A DNA stretch of 44,162 nt from an uncultured Candidatus Saccharibacteria bacterium (GCA_964360815.1 CAYHYA010000005.1:1-44162); one strand, 5' to 3'; shown: positions 35,525-44,162, numbered from the stretch's first letter. Translations and numbers: made by a program. The notes: generated from the letters alone by a model not told the origin.

Positions 35525-37234
35525 TTAAATAGTGTCCTTTTCGGTCACAAAGATCAAACTTAGACCAAAACCTGGGTTAATTTTATTTTCAATATATTTA
35601 AACCAAAAATTCAAAAAGTTAGACAAAAGGTTTTTCCCATTCTTTCCGTCCCTGATGCCATCAAAAAGAGATTCTTTTTTAAAAACTTTATACAAAATCC
35701 AATATGGCAAAACCATCAGGAAATTCCAATGCCTTACTTTTATTATTTTTAGACCCAAATTCTTTAGCTCCAGAGAAAATTCTTTTTTGTCAAAACGCCT
35801 AAAATACCTCATCAACTTATCTCTGGAACCAAATAAAGAGGGGTGGGCCGGAACAACCAGAATAAGTCTACCGTTATTATTCAAAAAAGAAGTTATTTTT
35901 TTGAGAGCTTCTTTATAATCAGCAATACATTCTAAGACATCGACGGCGACAATATTATCAAATTTTTCTCTAGATTCATAATTTTCCAAAGATGTCTGGA
36001 TAATGTTTAGCTCCCCAAAAAGTTTTACTGATAAATTAACTAGCCCCTCATCCGGTTCTAAACCTTTGACTTTTCTGTTACCTTTAGAAGCCCGATGGAG
36101 TAAGGCGCCGAGTCCAGCACCAATGTCAAGAAGATTACCCTTTTTAAGAAAACCAAAAACTAAATTATTTAAATTGTTATTTCTAAAATCTTTTTCCGGA
36201 TTACCAAGATTGAAATAGAATTCTGTGTGTGTTTTAGCTTGAGAATTAAAAAGGGTTTTGTTAGAAAAATTTCTATTCAAAAAAGCAAAAACAAAAAGGA
36301 TAAAAGAAAAAAGCAGGATTTGAATATGGAGAAGGACACTTAAACTTAAAGCTTTTTCCACACTGACACTCAAAAAAACTAACCCGCCAGTAACCACCCC
36401 TTCGAAAGACCCGAAATTCCCAACAAAATTGATAGGTAAAACACCAACGATAGCTGGAAAGACAACCAAAAAAGATGATTCGACGAAAGAAAATTTAAAC
36501 CCTACCGAAAATAATACGGCCCAGATAGAAAGAGCGTCTAGAATCCAAATAACAAAAGAGGATGCGGTAAAAATCGTTAGTTTTTTAATATTACTGATTT
36601 GATCAAAGACAAGAAAAGTTTGTGAAATAAACTTGAAAAATTTATTCAGAAGTTGGTTTTTAAAAGATAGATCAGAAAAAAATTGGCTTAACTTCTGTCG
36701 ATAAAAAACTGCCACCAAAAGAATCACCAGACTCGATATTAAAATAGACACAATTAAAGCGAGGGGGATTGATTCTAAAACATTTGAATTTTCACGAAAA
36801 ATTAAAAACCCCGAAATAAAAAAAATAATTGATATTATTAGAATATCAAAAATCCTAGCCAAAAATAGCGAGTTGACATTCTCCCCACCCGAAACCTCCT
36901 TTGCCTCATTAATCATATAAAGATAGGATATTTCTCCCAGTCTAAGAGGTAAAAAATTGTTCCAAAAACTATGGATAAAAACTACATTTAGCATCTTTCC
37001 TAGACCAATCTTATTTTTTAAGCTAAAACGAAAGCGCATGGCTTTTGCCAGTGAAGTCAAAAAATATAAAAAAAAAGCCAAAATGACAAAAGTCGGACTA
37101 ATGTTTTTTAGGGTCTCAAGTAAATTATTTTGGCCGCTAAATTGCCATAAAAAAAAGACCATCGTAACAATCACAATTGTGGTTATAGCAACTCTTAACG
37201 ACTTGTTCTTAGTGATCGTTTCAATCATATTCAT
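35525..37234 (-). CDS. fusion protein: UPF0104 / LPG-synthase-TM (flippase-like) membrane domain + C-terminal class I SAM methyltransferase
   Basis: The N-terminal roughly 320 aa are polytopic with WNNFLPLRLGEISYLY, the UPF0104 signature region. The C-terminus has LLDIGAGLGAL and IVAVDVLECI methyltransferase motifs. Confidence 0.65.
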   Translation of the reverse strand: MNMIETITKNKSLRVAITTIVIVTMVFFLWQFSGQNNLLETLKNISPTFVILAFFLYFLTSLAKAMRFRFSLKNKIGLGKMLNVVFIHSFWNNFLPLRLGEISYLYMINEAKEVSGGENVNSLFLARIFDILIISIIFFISGFLIFRENSNVLESIPLALIVSILISSLVILLVAVFYRQKLSQFFSDLSFKNQLLNKFFKFISQTFLVFDQISNIKKLTIFTASSFVIWILDALSIWAVLFSVGFKFSFVESSFLVVFPAIVGVLPINFVGNFGSFEGVVTGGLVFLSVSVEKALSLSVLLHIQILLFSFILFVFAFLNRNFSNKTLFNSQAKTHTEFYFNLGNPEKDFRNNNLNNLVFGFLKKGNLLDIGAGLGALLHRASKGNRKVKGLEPDEGLVNLSVKLFGELNIIQTSLENYESREKFDNIVAVDVLECIADYKEALKKITSFLNNNGRLILVVPAHPSLFGSRDKLMRYFRRFDKKEFSLELKNLGLKIIKVRHWNFLMVLPYWILYKVFKKESLFDGIRDGKNGKNLLSNFLNFWFKYIENKINPGFGLSLIFVTEKDTI

Positions 37235-38124
37235 TAAACAAATTCTTTAATAGTAAACTTTGGCCTACGTTCACACTCGATAAACTTTTCCAGATTCAAC
37301 TTGACACTTAATAAAACCAATAGCAAAATTAAAGATGCCGTTGCCAACCAAAACCATTTGATAAAAATCAGACCGATAAACAACGGGATTAAAAATATCA
37401 TCAGATATGATACCTGTTGGCTAATATTCACCAACGGTAAGCGGAAACGCCGTCTGACAAGGGGAATTACGAGTAAATCATTAAAAACAATGAATATTCT
37501 CTCGAGCCCATAATGAGATTTTCCAAATTTTCTTTTTCTATCAGAGACACGGACTTCGGCAAAGTCTTTATCCATAATGTTAAAGACAACCGGAGAAAAC
37601 CGGTTATTAAATCCCCTGGGCACATAAATATTTTTTATTACCTCAGCTCTATAGGCCTTTAGTGTGCAGCCAGTATCATGCACCGTTATACCACTAACTA
37701 ACGAGATAAGTTTATTCGCCACGATCGAAGGCAATAATCGAGCGAAAAAGCCAATCCTTTTTTCTCGCCAACCGCTGACAACCTTGAAACCTTCTTTGAG
37801 TTTATTGATCAGAACTGGGATATATTTGGGATCATTTTGAATATCACCATCGGTGGTAACAATAATGTCACCGGAAGATTTTGAAACACCGGCAAAAATC
37901 GCCCAATTTTCTCCCACATTACTTTCCAAATCACAGAAATGAAAATTTTCATCTTGCCGCGATAATTCTTTGAGGAGCGATAGCGTCCCATCGTCCGAAC
38001 AATCATTAACAAAAATAATTTCATACGGATACTCGTATGAAATCAACGCTTGTTTTATCTCCCGATAAAGTTCCAACACATTCCCTTCCTCATTATGCAT
38101 TGGTACGACGACCGATAATTTCAT
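37234..38124 (-). CDS. family-2 glycosyltransferase, polyprenyl-phosphate sugar synthase type (GtrB/ArnC/DPM1-like)
   Basis: KLSVVVPMHNEEGNV...YEIIFVNDCSDDGT...TTDGDIQNDP, plus two C-terminal TM helices. Confidence 0.8.
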   Translation of the reverse strand: MKLSVVVPMHNEEGNVLELYREIKQALISYEYPYEIIFVNDCSDDGTLSLLKELSRQDENFHFCDLESNVGENWAIFAGVSKSSGDIIVTTDGDIQNDPKYIPVLINKLKEGFKVVSGWREKRIGFFARLLPSIVANKLISLVSGITVHDTGCTLKAYRAEVIKNIYVPRGFNNRFSPVVFNIMDKDFAEVRVSDRKRKFGKSHYGLERIFIVFNDLLVIPLVRRRFRLPLVNISQQVSYLMIFLIPLFIGLIFIKWFWLATASLILLLVLLSVKLNLEKFIECERRPKFTIKEFV

Positions 38125-38145
38125 GGGATCATGGTATCACGATTT

Positions 38146-38190
38146 ATAAAAATGGGCATGGATGGGTTTACCTTAGCCACCTCCATGCCC
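38146..38190 (-). terminator. Rho-independent terminator after 38208..38738
   Basis: 9-bp stem gggcatgga (38154-38162) / tccatgccc (38182-38190). On the minus-strand RNA it is followed by AUUUUUAU. Confidence 0.55.
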
Positions 38191-38207
38191 ACACACCTCC
38201 GATTTCA

Positions 38208-38738
38208 CTATTCTTGATCTCTCTGTCTTCGATCTATCCATTTGGGGCGCCGACCAATTCTCATTAAGATTTCGTCTGGGAGACTTCTCCCTTGTAATCC
38301 TTCGCGCATTTTGTCATAGAACTGACGTCGTTCTCCCGTAGTTGCACAAACGAACCAACGACCTTGAACTGCATATCCGTTTCGTGAGATTGGCCAGAAC
38401 CACTGAATTCCCGGAGTACCTAAAGAGTCGTGCAGGAAGTGGGCAATGCTTGCAGACCAAAAAGTCGTTAGGAAAAACCAACCAGACGGTTGATCCAAAT
38501 CAAGCCCCCCTATCACCAAACCCACCAATACCGAACCAAGTGGAAGGTAAAGTAAGGGGAAGTGAATGAACCAGTGACTCGTCAGGCAGAATCTTTTCCT
38601 AAACAAAACAAAAGGAACGAAATCGAGATCGGGTCCATGAGCAAAAAACACAACCATAAAGAATTCAATGAGACTGAGGGCCCGATCAAACACCATCATT
38701 GTGATCACGTAAACCAAAATACCTGATAGAAAATCCAC
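38208..38738 (-). CDS. membrane-bound metal-dependent hydrolase, YdjM/DUF457-like
   Basis: HGPDLDF and AHFLHDSLGTPGIQWFWP parallel the LPDIDHP and SHILADMLTPAGVPLLWP of E. coli YdjM, as I recall it. The protein has 4-5 TM helices. Confidence 0.55.
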   Translation of the reverse strand: MDFLSGILVYVITMMVFDRALSLIEFFMVVFFAHGPDLDFVPFVLFRKRFCLTSHWFIHFPLLYLPLGSVLVGLVIGGLDLDQPSGWFFLTTFWSASIAHFLHDSLGTPGIQWFWPISRNGYAVQGRWFVCATTGERRQFYDKMREGLQGRSLPDEILMRIGRRPKWIDRRQRDQE

Positions 38739-38833
38739 TAAACACCTCCCAACATGTTAAAGAACTCTAATTTATAACCGCACGCGCGATTAAAATTCCC
38801 CCAGCCACCTTTAAAAACGGCCAATGGTTGGAC

Positions 38834-40036
38834 TTATTGATAGTTTAACATGCGATTATCGGTTTCGTCAACTACGTGTTGTTGCCGATGAGACCTTGGT
38901 AAATCACCGATCAACTTATTAATTGTTTCTAGCACCAGAGGGACCGTGATGGACAATACTTGCCGCAATGATTCAGCTTGATTATATGAACGAGCATTTA
39001 AGATCGAGAGCTCTGGTTTGACTCGATGGGGAGGAACAACGTTTCTGTGGATCAGTCCGCGTGGCGGTTGAACTCGTTCGTCAACAGGGCCCACAATATC
39101 AATGGTCGGAACATTGAAAGATTCAGCAATATAAATTGGTCCCGTGTCAACACTAATGAACAGGTGAAGCTTTGATATAAAAGCTTTCAGTTGATCAAGG
39201 TCAAAAACTCCGGCAGCATCAGTGGCTTTTGTTTTTCTATCTAAAAACGAGAGCATTTCTTTGGTTTTTTCGCAATCACCCTTGGTGCCAATTATCACGA
39301 CCATGGCCCGATACTTCTCATAAAGATAGTCAGCCACTTTCGCAAATCGATCAACCGGCCACTCTTTAATCTTATTGCCAGACGAGAGCGACATACCAAC
39401 AACAAAATCTTTTGCCAGATCAAGATTGTGATCAAGAAAAAACTGATCGACCTTTCTACTTCCAGACTCTGAAAATCCCAGGTGTTTGGTCGTATCATCA
39501 GAAAAGATTCCCAACGATTCAAGAACCCTCAATCGTTCTCTGGGAGCATGCTCTCCAATTCGGTAGGGAAAAGTTTTAATTAAACGCTTCAAAATTTTGT
39601 AGGGTCTCGTTTCAGAAGGAGAAAAACCTCCCTCTACCCTGGCCGAAACAACAAGTGGAACACCGGCCGCGCACAAAAGAGCTGCTGCCCCATAAGAAGG
39701 ACCTGTCACAAGGGCCACGTCTGCCCGGCACCTTTTTGTCCGTCCCAACGCTCCCGGGCTTACAAGATCAAGATATTCATCAACTAAACCACTATCTACC
39801 AAAAGTGGACGATGAAGTTTTGAATTACCAGCCACAATAATCCGAGCATGTGGTAAATGAGTTCGAATCGCACGGAGAACCGGGGTACAGCATACAACAT
39901 CGCCAAGCTTGCCAGTCGGCACCACTATTACCCGCGATATTTTTTCTGGAACTTTGTCCGCTCTGCCAAAGAGAACCACCCGCGCTACGCAGCGCAGAAG
40001 AAGTATCGCTCTTATAATCCTGTCAAAATATCTCAT
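38834..40036 (-). CDS. family-9 glycosyltransferase (heptosyltransferase-like)
   Basis: RVIVVPTGKLGDVVCCTPVLRAIR at the N-terminus and FISVDTGPIYIAESFNVPTIDIVGP at the C-terminus match the two GT9 signatures. Confidence 0.75.
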   Translation of the reverse strand: MRYFDRIIRAILLLRCVARVVLFGRADKVPEKISRVIVVPTGKLGDVVCCTPVLRAIRTHLPHARIIVAGNSKLHRPLLVDSGLVDEYLDLVSPGALGRTKRCRADVALVTGPSYGAAALLCAAGVPLVVSARVEGGFSPSETRPYKILKRLIKTFPYRIGEHAPRERLRVLESLGIFSDDTTKHLGFSESGSRKVDQFFLDHNLDLAKDFVVGMSLSSGNKIKEWPVDRFAKVADYLYEKYRAMVVIIGTKGDCEKTKEMLSFLDRKTKATDAAGVFDLDQLKAFISKLHLFISVDTGPIYIAESFNVPTIDIVGPVDERVQPPRGLIHRNVVPPHRVKPELSILNARSYNQAESLRQVLSITVPLVLETINKLIGDLPRSHRQQHVVDETDNRMLNYQ

Positions 40037-41136
40037 ATATTATTCTCTATAAATTCCGATATGGCTAACCCGCGCTTCTTCCAAGTGTAATTTTGCACGT
40101 CGTCATACGCTTTTTTAGCAAGAGCTTGTGAATGATGGGTATCGTCTAATATCTTTTTGATACCGTCGACAAGAGCCCGTCCACTTTCTGGTTCAACGAG
40201 AACGGCGTTTTTATCATTAAGCACTTCGGAAATTGAGGGTAGTCGAGAAGCCACAATCGGCACGCCAGAAGCCATATACTCAAACAGCTTCATTGGTGAT
40301 TGTGAGTACTCACCTCTTGGGTGCGGCAGGAGTAATACATCGGCTGACTGCAAAATACCCGGTAGGTCTTTTTGTTCTACCCGGCCAAAGAACTTTACAT
40401 TTGAAAGCAAAACCCTGTGAGTGAACTCCGAGGACACCGGACCGATAAGGACAAAGCTAACTTCAGGCAAGATACGTGCCGCGGTAAGTACGTAGTTAAT
40501 GCCCTTCAGCTGGCTTATTGTTCCAGCATAAACGCAAATCTTTTCAGCTAGACCAAAACCCAACTTAGCCCTAGTTTTCACCTTGTCTATTGTCCCAGCG
40601 AATCTTTCAAGCGAAACAGCGTCATGGGCAACAAGTATCTTTTTCTTGTATGGCACATAGTGCTCCTTCATATAATTACTTATTATTACGATGCCTGTGG
40701 ACAATTTACTCATTAAATGGTCGCGGTAACACTCGCTTCGGCTTACCGGCCTTCTGTGGGTCTCATATATAAACGGGACTCGTAAAATATAGGCCACCGC
40801 GGCCGTCGGTAAAAAATAACTGGTCCTGAAATACAGAAAGTCAACCTCTTTGCTTATTTTCTTTTTGAGCAATAATAGTGTTGCCGGTAAATTGAATAGG
40901 GTAAATGCGATAATCCCTGACTTTCGTATACCAAAATTGTGCAGGAAGATTAGCTTGGGTATTTTGGGTAGATCGTGATTTTCTCTTACGAAATCGAGAT
41001 CTGCATGATCATGATATTCCGGCAACACTAGATAGAGATCTAGCTCGGAGCTCAAAGAGGCGACGGTGTTCAATATCTGGCACGCATGCGCCCTTGTGCT
41101 TCGTACGTCCATATTATGGAAATAATATCCGGTCAT
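40033..41136 (-). CDS. family-4 (GT-B) glycosyltransferase
   Basis: LFEYMASGVPIVASRLPSISEVLNDKNAVLVEP is the EX7E-type motif. ATGA overlaps occur at both ends. Confidence 0.8.
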   Translation of the reverse strand: MTGYYFHNMDVRSTRAHACQILNTVASLSSELDLYLVLPEYHDHADLDFVRENHDLPKIPKLIFLHNFGIRKSGIIAFTLFNLPATLLLLKKKISKEVDFLYFRTSYFLPTAAVAYILRVPFIYETHRRPVSRSECYRDHLMSKLSTGIVIISNYMKEHYVPYKKKILVAHDAVSLERFAGTIDKVKTRAKLGFGLAEKICVYAGTISQLKGINYVLTAARILPEVSFVLIGPVSSEFTHRVLLSNVKFFGRVEQKDLPGILQSADVLLLPHPRGEYSQSPMKLFEYMASGVPIVASRLPSISEVLNDKNAVLVEPESGRALVDGIKKILDDTHHSQALAKKAYDDVQNYTWKKRGLAISEFIENNI

Positions 41137-42026
41137 GGCAGATGATACAATCGCTCAAAATCCGAGATTATCCGCTCAACAGATACTTCTTCTGTATGCA
41201 TCCTGCCTTGGGTGTGTTCTATTAGGTGATACAGGAATATCAGCCGACGATTATCGTGGCTAGAATATTTGCTACCAATCTTTTCGAAATATGTAGGAAA
41301 ATACTCCGTAAGCAATTTAGATAATAGCGTTCGATCAAAGCGGCGAAACAAGCCAAATAGATCAAAACCAGGAATATCTGTGTTCCCCACGAAATCATAA
41401 TCTATAATACCTAGTCCCTTTTGGGAAAACAGGATGTTGTCCAGGGTTAAGTCTCCATGCTGGATGATCCTGGGTAATTTTATATCAGAAAACGGCAGTG
41501 TTTCTACGTACGCAAGAAGCCCCATCTGCTCCTTCTGATTGAGTCCGGAATTAATTACCGCTTCTTTTGCAAGCTGTTCCATGCTCCTTAAGTAAAAACC
41601 GTCTGATTTGGCTGCATATTCCTGAAACCCCACGTAGCCCTTCACAACAACTGCTAATTTGTCTTTATCCTTGCTTAATCTCCTACCGGGGCAGGCCGTC
41701 TCGATGCAGAAAACATTCTCTCCGTCATCATGGAAATAAAGCGCCTTGGCAAATAAGCGTTCGTAGGGACTTCCCTCGGTCAATGAGTTTAACTTTTTCA
41801 AGTTGGAGAAGTTTCTCGTGATTGCTTCCTTCGCTTCATAATTTCTAACTGTCTTAATGCACAAAAAGGGAATTTGGTCGCGATTTTTAAAGACCAAAAA
41901 TATAACTTTGTCTTTAAGCAAAGCCCCGGATGTAACAGTGCTATATTTTAAAAAACTAAAAGAGGCATTGACAGAGAAATATTCTGACGCATGTTCCCTT
42001 ATTGCTTTTTCGAAAACTTTGATCAT
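41133..42026 (-). CDS. aminoglycoside-phosphotransferase-fold (APH / choline-kinase-like) kinase, probable sugar/glycan kinase
   Basis: The catalytic loop is IIQHGDLTLDNILF and the metal-binding segment is GIIDYDF. Confidence 0.65.
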   Translation of the reverse strand: MIKVFEKAIREHASEYFSVNASFSFLKYSTVTSGALLKDKVIFLVFKNRDQIPFLCIKTVRNYEAKEAITRNFSNLKKLNSLTEGSPYERLFAKALYFHDDGENVFCIETACPGRRLSKDKDKLAVVVKGYVGFQEYAAKSDGFYLRSMEQLAKEAVINSGLNQKEQMGLLAYVETLPFSDIKLPRIIQHGDLTLDNILFSQKGLGIIDYDFVGNTDIPGFDLFGLFRRFDRTLLSKLLTEYFPTYFEKIGSKYSSHDNRRLIFLYHLIEHTQGRMHTEEVSVERIISDFERLYHLP

Positions 42027-42919
42027 TTCTGTACAAAAATGCTAAAACTAAAAAAAACTTTTCTGTATAACCACACCAAAAAAAAAGACCGGCCGGCTAT
42101 TTTGGCAATTTTCCTCATAAAAGTATTTCCACACATCATTGAAGTCAGAAGATATTTCAATGATCTCAAGTCCTCATAGGGTATGATTATTCGCGGCAGA
42201 TTATAACCAGGATAAACTAAATAAAAATTTGGATCATCAAAACCAGCACTTTTAAGAAGTTTCCGATATCCTGAAACATTGTAGGTATAAGTGTCGTAAC
42301 GATGACCCTTTTTAAGTTTGGTAAAAATATTAGCCAACCATCTTGGCATATAGCTTGTGAATCGAAGACCACTATGATCAATCCCTCGGAGGTATGCGGC
42401 CGCGAAACGATTTTCAATGCCTATATATAAAAATCCGCCCTTTTTAAGTAATTTTTTGCATGTTTTAAGGCACTCGATCTGCGCTTCTCGCGGATCTTCG
42501 TAAAGATTGGTCCTGCCAACCCACTCTAAGAGGCCGTTCATGACGATAAGATTGAAGCTTTCTTCTCCAAAGGGAGGATTGAGGATGTCTGCCACCACCG
42601 TCTCGATATTATGGAGCCCCTTAAACTCTGCTAGTTTTTTCAAGAACTTCATCCTGATCACGGAGGCATCACAGGCAACAACTTTTTTCACAACTCGCGC
42701 TAATGGAATAGAAATCCTGCCCAAACCCGCTCCAGCATCGAGCACGACGGAATTGTGGTCGAGTGGTACAAAAAAATGCCAGTCGGCACGATTCTCTTCA
42801 TTTGTGAAATCTAGCCGGTCTTTGTATTTTTCTGTAAATGAAGTCCAACCCTCGGTGTCTATGATACTTAAGGCCTTCTCGAGTTCGGCTTCAGGGATCT
42901 TACCCCAATATTTGTTCAT
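42023..42919 (-). CDS. class I SAM-dependent methyltransferase
   Basis: VLDAGAGLGRISIPLA (motif I), CDAS and LIVMNGLLEWV. Confidence 0.7.
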   Translation of the reverse strand: MNKYWGKIPEAELEKALSIIDTEGWTSFTEKYKDRLDFTNEENRADWHFFVPLDHNSVVLDAGAGLGRISIPLARVVKKVVACDASVIRMKFLKKLAEFKGLHNIETVVADILNPPFGEESFNLIVMNGLLEWVGRTNLYEDPREAQIECLKTCKKLLKKGGFLYIGIENRFAAAYLRGIDHSGLRFTSYMPRWLANIFTKLKKGHRYDTYTYNVSGYRKLLKSAGFDDPNFYLVYPGYNLPRIIIPYEDLRSLKYLLTSMMCGNTFMRKIAKIAGRSFFLVWLYRKVFFSFSIFVQK

Positions 42920-43482
42920 GGTTTATCTACCATCGCGACGCACGCCAAGTTGGGGTTCTGGAGTCGAAGCAGGACTGGAAGGTATTTTAGGAAGATGTTG
43001 TGGCTGGCGGCAATATACATATTGTGAAAACGACATACAAACCCTGTGCGGTTTAAACTGTACTCAAGACCTTCTTTATCCCACAGAAAATAATGCTTAC
43101 CATGCTCGGGCATGTACACCCTTGCTTCATTATTGAAACCATGTCGATTGGGTACAATTATGAGTATTCGACCGCCGGGGTTTAAGTTTTTTTTCAGTCT
43201 CTCCATGAGTCCAAGCGGATTTTTCATATGTTCAAAGACCTGATTCATTATCACCAAATCAAAGGTCTCGGATATATTAATATTCTCAATATTCTGTCTC
43301 ACAAACTGAACTCTTTTATCCAACCCTTCGGGTCGATCGAAAAGATCCACGGCCACGATCTTTTTCAGGCTTTCGAATCTGCCGGCGATAGTATTTGCAA
43401 GCTCGCCAGAACCGCAACCGAGTTCTAGAATAGCGGGTTTGTTTTTAAGGTTTATGGCAATTAGGTTAAGTAAATTATTCAT
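42916..43482 (-). CDS. class I SAM-dependent methyltransferase
   Basis: ILELGCGSGELA (motif I), AVDL and FDLVIMNQVFEHM. Confidence 0.75.
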   Translation of the reverse strand: MNNLLNLIAINLKNKPAILELGCGSGELANTIAGRFESLKKIVAVDLFDRPEGLDKRVQFVRQNIENINISETFDLVIMNQVFEHMKNPLGLMERLKKNLNPGGRILIIVPNRHGFNNEARVYMPEHGKHYFLWDKEGLEYSLNRTGFVCRFHNMYIAASHNIFLKYLPVLLRLQNPNLACVAMVDKP

Positions 43483-44162
43483 TTTTTACTGGCCGGCCTG
43501 CCGGCTTCTCCAGGACGATGATTATCGTCTTTAGTAAGATACCATAATGGATCCCGAAAAATCCTAGGACTTTTTTTATCGAGCGCCTCACTCCCCCTTT
43601 GCTTTCTACATCATACAATATCCTCAGACCAGCCTTTTTCGCCATCTTTTTCATGGAAAAATAGCTTATAAAGTGCAGATTCCAGTCTTCAAGAGAGCTT
43701 GATCCTGACCATTTTAGGATACATTGCGTAAGACGTCGCGGCAACCAACTTATGAACCATAGACCGGTATGGCTTTCTTTGGGCGCGTATTTATTAGGGA
43801 AGGATAGATAGAATTTACCTCCCGGAAACAGGGTGCGCGAGATTTCCGTAAAGACGTCTTCTGGATATGACATATGTTCAAGCACGCTTGTAGAGTAGAC
43901 GTAATTAAAAGTATTATCTGGGAACGAGAAAGATCTTCCGTCGTATATTTTTAACGTCGCCTGGACACCGTTTTTTTTCAAACGTCTTTCGGCCACACCG
44001 AGAAGGTGTCTCTCGGTCTCAAGTCCATAAGCGATTGCTCCAGCCCGCGCAAATTCAGAGAGCATAATGCCATTGCCAAACCCAACATCAAGAACTTTTT
44101 TTCCGCACGGATCACCTACTACCTTCTTAAAATCTCTGAAAAAAACCTTGGCGTTATTTTCT
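43475..44162 (-). CDS. class I SAM-dependent methyltransferase, 5'-truncated by the window end
   Basis: The frame stays open upstream of the track's M (44065) to the window end. It reads ...KKVLDVGFGNGIMLSEFA, so motif I (DVGFGNG) lies before that Met. FNYVYSTSVLEHM follows. Confidence 0.7.
   Translation of the reverse strand, partial: ENNAKVFFRDFKKVVGDPCGKKVLDVGFGNGIMLSEFARAGAIAYGLETERHLLGVAERRLKKNGVQATLKIYDGRSFSFPDNTFNYVYSTSVLEHMSYPEDVFTEISRTLFPGGKFYLSFPNKYAPKESHTGLWFISWLPRRLTQCILKWSGSSSLEDWNLHFISYFSMKKMAKKAGLRILYDVESKGGVRRSIKKVLGFFGIHYGILLKTIIIVLEKPAGRPVKNE

Noticed and set aside
42507-43136. 209-aa plus-strand ORF spanning the junction of two methyltransferase genes.
   Set aside because: It is antisense to two ORFs that each carry clear SAM-binding motifs. 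It has no motif or ribosome-binding-site support.

Overview
The window is 44.2 kb and almost entirely coding. It holds about 38 protein genes, and all but one are on the minus strand. Many start/stop overlaps of 1-14 nt indicate long, translationally coupled operons. I found no rRNA, tRNA, CRISPR array, transposase or integrase.

Three blocks are visible.

(1) 1-12.6 kb is a GC-rich surface/secretome block. It contains a 1128-aa Ser/Thr/Asn-rich fibre protein with YadA-head-like repeats and two tandem paralogous secreted metzincin proteases (HExxHxxGxxH plus Met-turn, with a C-terminal IPT/TIG-like domain). It also contains a polytopic O-antigen-ligase-like (Wzy_C) protein with a TPR tail. Downstream are a Gly-rich protein with a peptidoglycan-binding-like domain, a small lipoprotein-like protein, and the N-terminus of another secreted protein.

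(2) 12.6-18.2 kb holds a degraded DUF1653::inorganic-pyrophosphatase remnant, a LOG/TIGR00725 (SLOG) protein and a NUDIX hydrolase. It also holds an NAD-dependent sugar epimerase that carries a SecA-type SEC-C zinc-finger tail, and secA itself. Upstream of secA lies a 0.55-kb non-coding region. It contains a near-consensus promoter, strongly structured RNA hairpins (GNRA and UUCG loops, an 18-bp GC stem), a 19-codon Lys-rich uORF and an intrinsic terminator.

(3) 18.2-44.2 kb is a glycan-assembly supercluster. It starts with a second Wzy_C-TPR protein and a Wzx-like flippase (the only plus-strand gene). An AT-rich roughly 16.5-kb operon follows. It encodes a KpsS/C-like protein, a 2-hydroxyacid dehydrogenase, a cyclase, a GT2::MDR-dehydrogenase fusion, a KdsB-like cytidylyltransferase and methyltransferases. 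It also encodes a GT4, a GT-C-like membrane protein, a DegT aminotransferase, a Gfo/Idh/MocA oxidoreductase, a UPF0104::methyltransferase fusion and a GtrB-like GT2. The block ends with a GT9/GT4/kinase/three-methyltransferase module.

The most interesting candidates are:
- the coupled fibre / twin-metzincin / Wzy_C-TPR operon;
- the unclassified structured RNA and uORF-terminator upstream of secA;
- the SEC-C tail on the epimerase;
- several unusual domain fusions in the glycan locus.

The gene content is reminiscent of small-genome uncultivated bacteria (Patescibacteria/CPR-like). That is inference only, because no phylogenetic marker was analysed. All family calls rest on motif recognition by eye; no searches were run.
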